Shown here piece by piece: positions 46,385 to 59,834 of a DNA stretch of 64,000 nt. Location: NCBI GenBank assembly GCA_002104905.1, contig MCFE01000190.1, forward strand, positions 62,001 to 126,000, read 5' to 3'. Origin of the DNA: Basidiobolus meristosporus CBS 931.73. Lineage: Eukaryota; Fungi; Basidiobolomycota. The notes under the pieces are model-generated. The model made no database searches, had not been told where the DNA came from, and was given only the letters and a program-made list of their open reading frames with translations. Made by a program: the position numbers and the translations under genes. Position 1 is the first letter of the stretch. Each line of letters begins with the position of its first letter.

Positions 46385-49300
46385 CCTTCGAGGACTACCA
46401 AGGCTATAATCAGTTAGCAAAGGTCCCAAGTCTCATGCAACAAGTACACAAATGATATTAAATGCAATTCCAGATATCTCTGACGAACGTCTAACAATAC
46501 CCACATCTTGAGAGGTAAAAAATGACTTAGGAACAGTGTATTTCAATGATTGGCAGAGTGGGAGTGTTGCAGTCAAGTTCAACAATAATCGTTCATACAT
46601 TGTGAAATCACCCTTTGGATAGTTCTAAAAAATATCACCACAATATATATATATAGGGATTTTGCAAAAATCGGTAATTTTTGGATGTCAGCTTTACATC
46701 ATATCAATGTTCTCCCCATACCGAGGCATAGATAAAAATCATATTAAACGAATCGCCAGTTAAAAGAGTAAGTGGGGTGGAATACTGTCGGACGATTTCA
46801 AGATAGGTAGGAATACCAGTAAAAAGCGGATGAAATCCGCAATCGCAACTGCTACTGGGGTAAGGCCAAGGTGGGATAAGTTGTAATGCTTGGACTTGAG
46901 AGAAAACCACGCATTTGGGCTGCAGGCACAGCTTCATCGAACTATACTGATGAAAGGTCACCAAGGCATGCGCAACTATAAGTGTTTGTGAAAACCATCA
47001 CCAGTTCAATATCCCCAAAGCTCAATCTTTTCAGCAATACATACTGCGAAATGGATTACCAACTGGTTGATGTATTCGAAATCGGGATATACCGATTCTA
47101 TTGAGTGATACTTGGCATCCTATTTATGGGGTAGATTATCACAGTGCTAGCTGGTTGATTAGAATGTCTTGGCGAGGTATAGAATTTGGATGCTTGTTCG
47201 GTAGTAACCTCGAAATACATGAATTGACTCACAGGTGAATTCCAAATGACAGGCCAGGTAAAATATCAAGCAACATAAGTGTTTAGGCACAGGAAGAGCG
47301 GGTTGAGATGCAGCCAAAGCCCTTTCCAAGTTAATCCTTATTTAATATATCAAATCCGAGATAATCAAACTCAAGAATAGTCCAGTGCATATCAATAGAA
47401 GGTTAACTGCCTACGAAGTGAGGGCTTTCTAAATCTGGCATCCTCTCAGAACCGGAACGCTCATGTGAATGTGCGGTGTCACTAAATGGAATCTCAAAGG
47501 TAGGTTAAAATGGGTTTGAAACAGATATGTAATGTATATTTCGAATGATGTTTGTACCACGCGATGGATAGATGTACATGTGTGGAAGAGGGATATCAAA
47601 AGCGAATCACTTGATTCTCAACCACCTTCACCAATAATGAAGAATGGCGTTTGAAGAGCTTCGCGCTCTGCATTTATTGTGAGTGTTTAGGAAGGACCAA
47701 GCAATATTGATTGCATATATGGAATTTTCAATACAGGTTAACATTGAGATACAATATGCAATGCATCAAGAATTATTCACCGGGTAAGAATTTTCAATAT
47801 CAAGGGGACTCCCAAGCTATGCAAATCAACAGTTTCGAAACACAGAGATTATCTCTTGTTGGGTTCACTGAATATGCGTCCATGAAATATGATGACTGCA
47901 GAGATAATACCAAGCAGGTTGTCACGATCATAGATGGTATTAGTCAGCAGGGGATTTCTACCGGTCGCGAGTTACCCATTAATCGAATCGATCTGATCTG
48001 ATTGGGTCGAGACCGACAGCTTCCTTCACATGCACAAATTTCCTTACAAGTTGAGGTAGCACGATAGATATCGGGTCATGATCGGTTGATTCAATCGATA
48101 TACAATGATAGTCGATCGGTTTACTCCATGAAAACCTGTGCCTTACAGTACTTGACAGGTGTAACTGGAGTCTCGAAAGAAAACGCGATCTTGAAATAAC
48201 ATGGCCGCCCCCAAGTGACCTCATACCATATGGCATGATGATCCTTCCAGCACACAGCTAGCCCTCCATCAACTGGCTGCATGGATATTTCCCAGCCTTT
48301 AACCGATCCGACACCAGGATCTCAGGATTCTCAAGAGGGCGATATCTCCGAAACGTGTGATATTCAAATGTCAAATGCTGAATGGTGATAAGCTGTCAAT
48401 GAACCAGTTGTTGGCCATCATATCCCTGTAACTCGAACCGATTGTGGCAGACCAGTATTGAGCGAGATCAGATTGCGGTCATCTTCCCCATTGTGCTCAG
48501 TTTCATTTGACCTTGAAGGAAATTGCTAATTTTGGTGCACCGTTGGTTTGATCCAAGGAGCTTGCATAGCAGATATTTTCTGATTCAAGGAGAGCTCAGC
48601 ATACGAGCTCATTTGAGTGTGTAAACCAAATCGACATTCACCTATCATAAACATAGAATCCCCCGCAGGTGTCACACCAACTGAAACATGAGGCCTACTG
48701 ATCAACCCATGAGCTAACCACCCTCATCACCTTGCCCCAGGATATTTGGATGCATATGGCAATACAGATCCTTCCAAGTTACACTTCGCCATCACATTAA
48801 CCATGGAATTCGCTCAAGATCATGCAGTAGCCAGGATGTTTGTGTCTACTTCTTGTGATGGCCGTCTGAAACCAAACGACCAAATTGGCAGCGGAATTCT
48901 GTAGTGTCAACCACGAATGTATCAAACAAGTTAAGGGGAGCATGATTTAATTAGCTGTAACCGCAGAATAAACGCAGAATTGGATTTTCACACCATAAGT
49001 GACACCGCCAACTTCATCGCAGTTGTCTGGCCACACACGCATACGCAGTATCGTATTGACTGGCCACACCCGTGAGATAGAGAGCCGCTGTGAGATTTTC
49101 CGCCGATCAACAGCCAAGATTTCATGAATCTGTCGAGAATCTCTGGTGGCGATGAAACCGCTGTCATCCCCATGGGGAATCGGCACATCTGGCTCCAAGT
49201 GCCCAAATCCATTTGATCGCATACATTAATCATGATTCATGGATTTATTCGGTTTGCTGCCCTCAGATAGTCAGCCGGTAATTAGATGAACATAACATTA

Positions 49301-49414
49301 TGTAGAAGTGACCCAAGGGGATATGGGCGTTGGTCAAGGGTAACAAGAAAGTACGGGGATAGCTACAGATAGATGGTTCTTGGGAATTAGATTGTCAAAA
49401 TGACCTCGGCGAGC

Positions 49415-50127
49415 TTAGGCGTTTTCCTTCACATGGCCGACTGGTAGAACGATGTAGGAGGATTCTCTGGTGATGATGGCAGCTGCGGCATTGTACCATG
49501 CAATCAGGGCTGTGATGAGGCCAAACCAGCCAGCAGCATTGTTGACCTTGGTGATGCTGCCGAAGTGACCAATGGTCAAGAGGAGGAAGGTGATCGACAA
49601 CATGAAAAAGAGGGCGAACATGGCACGAGCGGCTCTCAGAGTACCAAGGGTCATGATCAAGGTGAAGATGGTCCATCCTAACAACTTGAATAAGTATATT
49701 GGATCCAGTAAAATGACCATACTCCGTTTACTTACCTAAAAGATAGAATCCCAATGCAGTGTTCAGTTTGCCATCGGTGTAGGCAGATCCAATATCAAAT
49801 GAGGGGCTAAGGATAGCTGCGAAGGAAAGCCAGAATCCTCCGTATGATGAAAATGCAGTGGCACCAAAAACGTTGCCGCATTTGAACTCCCACATACCAG
49901 CAAGAAGCTAAAGATGAAGTCAGCAACAGCGCATCAATGGCTAGAACTTTCAGTCACCCTACCTGAACAAGGCCGCCATAGAAAAAGGCAAGGCCAACAA
50001 CAATGTTGGGGACGTTGGTGGCGATGCCAGTATTTACAAGAGAAAGGACGAAGGTGGTAAGAGCAAACCCAGAGAGGCCAAGTGGGGCGGGGTTGGCAAT
50101 TGGCTTTGAAGGATACTCAGCGACCAT
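49415..50127 (-). CDS. GPR1/FUN34/YaaH (ATO/Ady2/SatP) acetate/carboxylate transporter; exons 50127-49963, 49907-49736, 49677-49415
   Basis: [26 protein letters not shown]|[24 protein letters not shown] family signatures; introns keep frame. Confidence 0.95.
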
Positions 50128-52035
50128 GTTGAAAAGATGTGATAGAGATAAAGGGATGAGGGCGGTTTGTTCCGTACTGCCCAAATCACTGTTATATATA
50201 TAGTGGATTCTGAATAGGTAATCTAAGAATATGGTGAACCACATGGTGAACCTGACGAAATTTTCAATCTAATTCTTGCAAGTGAGCTTTGGAACATCTT
50301 ACACATTTGTCAGTGGTGATTGGGTTTGTTGCACTTGCTAAATGATAAATATGGGTATGTGCAATCATAGCGATGTTGAAGGTATCGGCTATATGCATCA
50401 AGTATATTTCATTCTTAAAAGTCATGGTGGCACTGTCCATTGCCTGGCGCGAACTTGCTCAATCAAATCTAAACATCGATGTGTAACCCACCTGAGTCTT
50501 TGGAGAATCCATGATCAAAGTAAGATATGTCATATACATCACCAGATGATAGAATTCCTAATTTAGATAATGTACAATATCCTATATGCTTCATTTGACA
50601 ATAGCCCTTGACTATCTAGAATCCCCAAGATTTGCAGCATGCTGATGCAATGGCTAGATGAAGCTAAGCACATACACTATTAGGCGAGCCGTAGGCCGAT
50701 AAGGAATGGAGCATACCATCTCAATGATAGATGGGTATTGGGCCGTATCCAAGACTCCAATTTACAACTTGGTGTACGAGCAGATCAGGTTGCTCAGGGC
50801 ATATCTCTGAGACGGGTCTCTATTGTATTACAGTAGAACACCGCCAACCTGAACCGCATCGTGGCAGGTGTGATCCTTTCCTAATGAAATTCGATTAATG
50901 AATGGAAATTGACCCGGTCGGAGTAATTATTCTCCCGCGAGAATGAAATACAGCCCTATAGTGCCGATGATATTAATTCAGGTCTTGAAATCACAACTCT
51001 GTGTCATGTGCCAATTCGAGGATAGGGAGCATAGTAGGAGGCTACATGGGTGCGGTATGTAGTTCAACGAGACAGGGTGGTATTGATTCTTACCAGGCTC
51101 AATTAATTACCACCTGATCATGCTCAGCCAAACCGGGGTAGGGCTACCTCTGTTGCCACTGTCACCGTCACGGGATGCCGCTGCTAGAGGACAGAGATGT
51201 GGGCTGATGCCCAAATTTACATGACTACCTATGGCTAGGAAGCATAGTCAGAGGTATCTGAGATGCTACAGGAATGTCGTTGACCCTTGATGACTCATCT
51301 ATTCCTAAAATATGTCGTAGCGATTAAGCCACTTTCAGATTGATCTTTGGTTGCTCTGGCTTTAATTTAGATTAAGTGAATGGATGTTTGACGATACCCA
51401 CCACAGTTGTGCGTATTCCGGCGTTATCGCATATATAGAATATATCGCCACCACTCTGATGGGGCTATAGTTGCCTATGCCGGCCATTGCTGAAATTGGT
51501 TAGATGCATGATTTCCGCTAGCGCTAGCGATCTAATAAGAATCAACTGGCAATTCTAGGCATTTCTGCAAGAATACATTAGCGCGCTGTTATTGATCAAA
51601 GATGGGAGTCGAGGCACCCATCGTTTGTGCGTAAGGATGGAGGTTTGCCTGGTTTTGCGCACGTTTTGAGGAGAGGATTACTGGCTGAGCAATCACCAGT
51701 CTGGTGTCTCGAATGTTTTCGCCATCGAAATGCGGCAGTTTAACCCGTCAGCGATGAAAGGAAAACGGAGTATTTGGCGTGACTGTTGTCCAGACTGAGG
51801 GAAATGGAGGCGTTTGGTAGTGGTTGATAAATTCTGATATGATGCGGCGATGGATATACTATATCTTATGACGTGATAGGACTGGAGTGAAAAATCTATT
51901 CATATCTTGGATCAAATGGTGATATATTTATTTAAATCATCGTATCAATTCTTACATAAATTATATTACATCTGTACAAATATTAGACTGCTAGTGCTGG
52001 TTAGTAAAATGCACTGTGCTTAGGCACAACGCAGG

Positions 52036-52872
52036 TTAAACGTTGTTTTGCGAGCTTGGCTCCGGGATTATGGTTACAAATCCATTCGTTTCCTCCAGGG
52101 CGCCGAGTTTGGCTTCGGCTTGCGAGAAGTTTCTTTCCTGAAGTGCTCTATTGAATTCAGACATTCTTCGGCGTTTTCGGAAGTATAGTATCAAAATAAC
52201 GACGAAAATCAAGGCGAGCACTCCAAGACCAGCCAAAACGTATGCCCAAATGGGAATGTAGTTATACACCTCTCCGTCAGTACAAATTCTATTACGTTCG
52301 TGACAATTATTGGATAGACATTGGCGGTCCTCTATACACTTTTCTCCATTCGTGAATGAAGCCAAGCAAATGAGGTTTGCCTCAGGGCAGAAGGATCCTC
52401 TTGAACAATCATCTCTGTTAACACCATAAATGGTTGTATTGTCAAGTCTGCAGGGTTGGTTTGGCTGGACATTCTTTGAAATGCACCGTTGATTCAAGCA
52501 TATGCTCTCTCTCTCCAGGCACGAGTCGTCTCTCCCAGGAGAACACACATCCCCAGTTTTGATCTTTGGCAGACATTTGAGTTGATCATCTGGACAGAAC
52601 TCGAACTCCATATTACAGGCTACGGGAATTTGCCATTCCAACGGCCATTCCAGCAGGGATTCGTTGACTCGACAGCCTTTGGGTTTACAGATATTACTAA
52701 CTGGATCGCAAACCAAGGCGTAATTCTGGCAAGGCCCTTTTTCGTGCGCTTGAACGTTTGGATTAGGTATACACGAGTCCCCAACGTTTAGTGATGAGGC
52801 GAGCTTCCACACGTTCAGAAGTCCAAGCCCCCCTGCAAATAGCTCTCTGCGCCGAAACCGAAGTCGAACCAT
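52036..52872 (-). CDS. Cys-rich single-pass (type I-like) membrane protein, unknown function
   Basis: ~20 Cys in the ectodomain, TM IWAYVLAGLGVLALIFVVILILYF, RKRRR stop-transfer, short cytoplasmic tail. Confidence 0.82.
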   Translation of the reverse strand: MVRLRFRRRELFAGGLGLLNVWKLASSLNVGDSCIPNPNVQAHEKGPCQNYALVCDPVSNICKPKGCRVNESLLEWPLEWQIPVACNMEFEFCPDDQLKCLPKIKTGDVCSPGRDDSCLERESICLNQRCISKNVQPNQPCRLDNTTIYGVNRDDCSRGSFCPEANLICLASFTNGEKCIEDRQCLSNNCHERNRICTDGEVYNYIPIWAYVLAGLGVLALIFVVILILYFRKRRRMSEFNRALQERNFSQAEAKLGALEETNGFVTIIPEPSSQNNV

Positions 52873-55001
52873 GTCCTCACGTTCGTATGTATGTTAAAGA
52901 GATTCCAAATCGAAGGTGATGCTCGAAATAGTGTTTCCCGGCAGTCAGGTCTACCAACCGAATGAGTGGTGTGCTTAGGGTTATGGAGTCCTTGGTAGTA
53001 TGTTACTCCAGACTTGGGTGCAGTTAAATTTGTAACAGTTATGAAGTTATTTATTCAGGTTATTAACACGGTTATGCCATTAAGAGAGTGTCTGGATTAG
53101 GGAGAGTAACAACTGCCCTCAGCAGAACAACGAGAAGAATGTCCAAGTAGAAAGTTGCTCAGGGCAGGAATCTCTTTAAAAACCCTCGCTTTCTTAAATT
53201 TGTTACATCGTTGCATTAGCTATTTTCTCCAGTATCTAATCTAATTCGAATCCCCCTATTTCCCGACATTCCTTACGACCGGGATATTTCTTCGGGTCGT
53301 GATCCATAACACGCAAATTCGGAGGTTTAACTGGTCTCGTTTCCCAAAGAAGCCAGTATCGGGTTGACTTCTAAAGGGATCAAAATTGTGAATCATTGGG
53401 GTGCCTAGTTATATTTAGATTACTTAACTTTCCGCTCGTCATTCTCTACCCATAATTAAGGGTTTTTTACCTCGAGAGAATTGATAATGTTGTGAACTAG
53501 TCAAGGTTGCAAGCGTTTATTGAGGCTTCAGAAGCCACAAAGTGTATCTGGCTCATTTTATAAAGGTTGATTTCTGCCGATGTTAATGATATCATGTATC
53601 TTGGATTGCCTTCCCATACAGCTGAGAATTTTCAAAGTGCGAATGATGATAATACCTTAAACTTTTCAACCAACACTCCACTAATTCATAGGGTATGTAA
53701 AAGGAGTATCAGTGTATTTCCCCTTGCTCAGGAATTTACAGACATCCTTTCTGTAAATTATCAACGCCCAATGCAAGTAATAAATTATTGATAACTGGTC
53801 AAAGGCTTCTACTCAATTTTCCATTAGACTTGAATCCATTTGTCGCTTGGAAAGAAGCCTTTTGTCACTGGCATGTTGCCACTGAAACTCAAGAGTACCT
53901 CATCGGGCATTCATCTCTTTGTTGAAGAGCCTACACCAAGATTTCTCGGATTTATTGACTCCATGGAGCGAACTGGTCGAAATAGGTTACTTGAGATGCT
54001 CTTGGTGGTGATGTGGGTAGCCGAGATTTTGCACTCTCCTCTCTTTACATTGAGGTGATGAGTTTCTGGAAATGATATAAATCAGTGCGATTGTGTGAAT
54101 AGATAACATAGCGTCCTTGACTCAATATATGGTCAAGCATCGGGGTATGATAGTGGGCCCCTGTTTCTACAACCAACCTGAATCTTCCAAAGCCACCAGT
54201 TTAGGTTGTTGCTAGGCCTGGTCTCGACCGAAATAATGTTATATATAGTGACAATGTATCAACAACTAAATATACAGCACCCTATGCTGGGTGATTTAGT
54301 CCAAAATCTCGCCCAACATCACCCTCACAAAACATTTCCTCGTGAATGTATTGGTGCCGCTCTCTTAGGCTAGCAATCTTAATGTATGATGCACGAAGTA
54401 AGGCACATATGGAGTGCAACGTAATCCTGCAGCTTTATTAGCAATATGTATTTTACAACACTAGGTCTTCATGGAATGTTAGGGTTAGTGAAGAGTGATA
54501 CAGAATTAGCCTTCAACAATACGTATTCCCAAGTTTCGATCGTATTGAGAGCCTTATGTGATCTGTATGGATCTGCCGCCCAATTAATGCACTGAATTCT
54601 GGTTTCCATCGAGCTGGATGTATTCTCCGGGGTGTTCGAATTCATCCTATGACTTAATCAGCTTGATACAGAGATATCTGACTATATCCGTTTGAGCAGA
54701 AATCCCTTCGGTTGGCTGCACTTGTTGCAATTGGATAAAATGCTGAAGAAAAGTGATTTATCAAATGTGGCATAACGAACTTTCGATGCATATGCAAGTA
54801 CCGTTGCGAAGGCCCCTATTCCATCACTCCATAGTACATTGTTTTTTAGGCAGTACGTCCACAGGAAAAACCTCCGTACTTTGGTGAACACTTCAAGAAA
54901 TGCTATAAAGCCCCCAAGAACCACCAAGCTTGATCCCGACAGCCAAGAGTCTTACAGGCATCATTTGATTTCTCGATTCGCAAATATTAATATCCACAAG
55001 A

Positions 55002-56088
55002 ATGTATTTCCGTTCATTGATGCTTTCGGTTTGTTTCCACGCCCTTTTAAAGTGCACAAGTGCACAGGAACCAATCGCCGGAGTGGTTAAGACTTGCAGT
55101 AAAGCTGGAGTCTTCGCATTGACTTTCGATGATGGTATATGGGTTATTTGGTAGGACAGTTTTAGCTGAGCAAGCTAACCCTTTCTGCAAATTCAGGGCC
55201 AAGTGCGTATACACCGGAACTTCTAAGAGTACTGAAGGAAAAAGGAGTCACCGCAACATTTTTTGTCCTAGGCGTTCAGGTGGTACAGGAAAGTCTGGTG
55301 CCTTTTTTAAGGCAAACACATGAGGCGGGGCATCAAATAGCTCTACACACCAATGCCCATCCCCATCTAGACACCCTAACCCCTGAGGCTATCAAGGAGG
55401 ACCTCACTCTTAGTTCACAGGCTGTCTACAATGCACTTCAGGTGTCTCCAAATTATATGCGGTACAACTGACCCTTCCTCTCAATGGCCATTGCCCAATA
55501 CTTACTGGCATTTCCCACTAGCCCTCCGTATGGCGAATGCTCTGAGCCATGTCAAGAGGTAATTCATAAAATGGGGTATACTATAGTAAATTGGAATCTG
55601 GACTCCAATGGTAGGCTTGATTTCCATTTCCATTGCCGCCCTTACATTTACTAACCTGACGAGATTAAATTCAAGATTGGAGATACCTCGAGCAACCCGA
55701 AAACCACACCCGTATCCTAAGTAATATTGCGGACGAGGTGAAAGCAAGTAACCCTAGTGAGCAGAGCTTCATATCGCTGCAACACGATACTCTAGGGTTC
55801 AGTATGAAATATGTATCTGATATCATAGACGTCATCAAATCCAAAAATTACAAGTTTGAAACAGTGGCTGATTGCTTAGGCAACACAGTCCCAATGTACA
55901 GAACCGCGGGATCCACCACCAACAGCCCAAACCCTGACAGCGTTGACCATGTGGATGCAGACATTCCTTTCCGCGCCGACTCGGTCGTCAACGCCAACTC
56001 GCACCCATCCTCGGCGGAAAAGATTGCCGCACATGGTGGTGTATTTGTATTGGTTAGCGCTTGGTTTATCTACGGCCTCTTGGCTTAG
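55002..56088 (+). CDS. CE4 polysaccharide/chitin deacetylase 2 (signal peptide, GPI-like tail); exons 55002-55134, 55197-55461, 55522-55610, 55676-56088
   Basis: TFDDGP, HTNAH, RPPYG, DSNDW, SLQHD after splicing; C-terminal SSA + hydrophobic tail. Confidence 0.92.
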
Positions 56089-58655
56089 GACACCAAGCCC
56101 AGGGTCCTATAATGGCTCACATGTTCCCATCTCAACTTGAGATATTTATAATCCATTAGTACTACACAAATCAGTATTATTCCATACCCCAACCTCAATT
56201 TGGAGGCTTCATATTGTAGAACCACCTCATTCCAATGATACCGCACCTAGATTCTAAATTGCTATACCCCACTTGAAGATATCTGCAGACCTCCAACGCG
56301 AGGACTAGTGATAAATATTTATGATACAAATCGATATTTCTAATCCAATGAACCTCCACAATTACCTCATGTAGCTGGACCCTCCCCAAACTCCGAACAA
56401 AATATAAATAGTCTAAAAGCTGAAGTCATACCACTCAAGGGAATCAAGAAAGTAATTGAGTCATATGGACCAATAAAGGAGCAATTAACCAATATCAAGA
56501 AATACGCATGCAACCAGTTGTGTCTACACGTGAGCCCAGTCGAGAGAGCTATATTACGTGCAACCTGAATCGGCACATATTTACTCGACTCCATCTCTGC
56601 TAGATAGCCATGCAGTGAAGAGTCCTTGGCGCTTGGAAATACCCGCCTGTTGAGTTAGTTTTGATGCGTAGGTTTCAGAGGCAGCTATCCAGGTAGCAAA
56701 TGACATGAAATGGATATCATTCGCTCCTATTGTGCAACATGCTAATACGCCGATATCTTCAATATTACAACACTATGAAACGTCACTAGTTCCAAGGGTA
56801 TGCTACTCTACTGCTTAATATAATTGGAGACCGTGCGTATGAAACAATGAAAGTTAAAAATATCACCATTCGCACTTTAATTAGCGCAAGAAAGCGCTGC
56901 GAATCAAAGCCCGGGAATGGATTCATCTTCAGGTGGCTTTCTTGTTGATGGTTGCATCGGAGTCTGGCAGTTTATTATGGGGTTTGATTTTGCCCACCAT
57001 ACAGATACCCAATACTCGAAATCTACTTGAGTAGGTTTGCGCGAATCGGATGGGCAAGCACCACACTGGGTGGGATTCCGTTCATTTGGGCCTCTTGCCA
57101 AATCGATTATGTTAAGAGCAGTTGAACTTCGATATGCTCAACCAATAAATTAGAGATATTCGATAAACACGTGATGCGAGCCCCAAATCACTCCGAACGT
57201 GAATGTTCCAGAAACGGGACCGTTACAACTAGTAGGCACATTTAACTTCTGGAGTGGTGTTGCCATTTTAGTGCCATGCACGTTCGAAGTGATGCATGAT
57301 CCCACGAAAACTACTCGATCGAACCTGGAATGTGCTTCCACACAAGCTGATAGAGAACCAGTACGTAGGTTTGGGTTTGAGGCGGCATTCTCACAAAACC
57401 TGGTTTCCAGTAGCCGTGGTTAAGTCTGAACTTTGTCATCCTCGGGGTCCCTGATGAATAATAGTAACTGATATGAAGGGATGCCACCAATGCCTCTTTC
57501 AGCGATAGACACGAGCTCAGTTAGTTTCTGGGGAAATCCCATCATAAACAGCAAGATGAAATTGGCTGAGCTCGCATCGTGAGTATCAGAGGCCCCATTT
57601 ATGATCTCTTAAGTTACATTAATCTCCGTCAGCCGCAACTCCTTCATTGATTGTTGTTTCGTGAGGTTGTTCCGGATCATTCGCATCGAGAGGAGACTAC
57701 ATAATGGGCGAGCCAGGCAAAGGCGTGAAGGTGCACATCGCAATATGAACAATCCCAGCCCGGCATTGGCTACATGAGGATGACTTCGCTCTGCATTGGC
57801 TATCTCCCGTGGACGATGAACAATAGAGCCGCACTCTCACGGAGTATTACAACTTTAGGATTAGAAGGCCCATCAGCAAGTCAACCTTAGGGTTGCGGTT
57901 CTGTTGGCAACGCCGAGCCATAAATGGGCTTACATCAATAATATAGAGGGGACAGCACTCTATTCAGCCTCTTCGTCCCATGGCTTTCATAGATCCCTGA
58001 GATATGCAAATCATATTCAGTTTGCCTGTGATCGTATTCTCCGACTGTATGTCGCGAAAGAAGATCGGTGGGACGTCAAAAGTTGTATCCTCTGCTGTGT
58101 AATTAATGAGGTCAATATGCGTTGTCATACTTCATCGTAATAGACTTGATGCTAAACTTAGACTGAATACGAGTTCTATATGGGTTTCAATTTGCAATAG
58201 ATCAGGCTGATCCACTCTCTTTGAATCATATGGCAAAAACTCTCGGCTCCAGTCAAAGTGGATCAATGGATTTAATTTACTTCTAATGTATTTAGTTGCA
58301 AACCCACAAAGCCACGAATATTTCCTAATCTGTCATAGCAGTCGGGCTTTAAACCAATAAACAGCCCCACTAGGATCCAGCCAAACTCCGAATTGCGACG
58401 CCAACTAGATAGACCTGGTGATATTCACAATGAGCTGGATAAAGAAATGCATCCTTTTTCCAGGTTAGGCTGCATGGCTTTCGGAATTTGAAAATTCGCG
58501 GTAATTTTGATGTATGTTTGAGATAGCCTCATGATTGGTGTTGATCAGCAAGCTGCTGAAAATATAAATAAGCGGGTGTTGAAATTGTTTATTAACGTCA
58601 GACCATATTTCGTCCCTCAAACTTAAACTTTGGTAAGGTTCAGATAGCAAACAAC

Positions 58656-59834
58656 ATGCCTTCTCAAACTCCGGCCCGTGATAGTCTCGCATTCAAATCT
58701 TGGGACTCCCAAGAATGGCGCACCAACCTTTCCTCCATGCAGAAGACTGTGCTTTGGTTCAAGGCCATCCGAAGCGCTCGAGCAATACAGATTGAGAGCA
58801 TGCTAGACCTCTTCCCAGACCTGATGCACGTGAGGATGATCGAAAATCCACAATACTCATTAAGCATCCCTCGAGAATTTCACCATATTCTGGGCAAGGG
58901 TACTTCTGGGATGACTGCACTCCATTACTCCCTTCTTTGCCTGGTTTCTGAGAAGTTGCAGACTATCACCACTTGTAATCTGGAGGTCCTGCACAACAGA
59001 ATCTATATTGTTAATCTTATGATTCAGGTACTATATCTCACTTGTTATTCGCTTTATAGCAAAGCTAACTAATTTCATCGAAACTGACAGTACTCAAGCT
59101 CGTCCGAAATCACGGAGTCACGCTGGGGATATTCGAATACTGCGCTTCACTTGGCCGCTCTCACTCGTGATGAGAATATCATAAACAAATTACTCAACAA
59201 AGGTGGAGGTACCGGTGTACAAAACCAGTTTGGGTTGACTCCTCTTGATATCATATATAATACCCCGTGCCTGCAGTCCCTTCACACACGGGCGGTTTCA
59301 TCACGTAATCAAAATTACACACCAGTTGGGTGTACAGAGCGCAGGGGTCGCAGCCGCCAATTGAAGCCACTTAATGAAACTGCAAGATACCTTACTACTG
59401 AGCCATTAAGCCTCGGCAAAATTCTTTCTGAGCGAGAAAACTCACCCCCAAGATACCAGTTTAGCTCCCCAGTTACGCAACTCTCCAACCAGAATGACAG
59501 TGAAACGATTCATATTGAATCCTCGCGCCTTACCAGGGATATATCCGATACCATCACTATTAAGAGCGCGAAGGAGATGAAGCCTGTACGTATGGATTCC
59601 TCGGAAACACTGGTGGAAATCACCAAGAAGCAGCGCAAGAAATCTTTGGATCTGGGATCCTTTATTAGCATGGTGAAGAAAAGATGGAATCTAACAAAAA
59701 AGAATGAACGCCTATCCCAGGATAAATCAAAGTCAACGTGGGATAAACCAAATGTTGAGTTTGATACGTGCTGGAAGGCTAGCTCAAAGCGATATAGCGT
59801 ATTATCTTTGAACTCGGTTAAAACCGGTGTTTAA
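58656..59834 (+). CDS. Ankyrin-repeat protein; exons 58656-59027 and 59091-59834
   Basis: GMTALHYS and NTALHLAALTRDENIINKLLNKGG...QNQFGLTPLD are ankyrin-like; phase-0 GT-AG intron joins the two ORFs. Confidence 0.75.
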
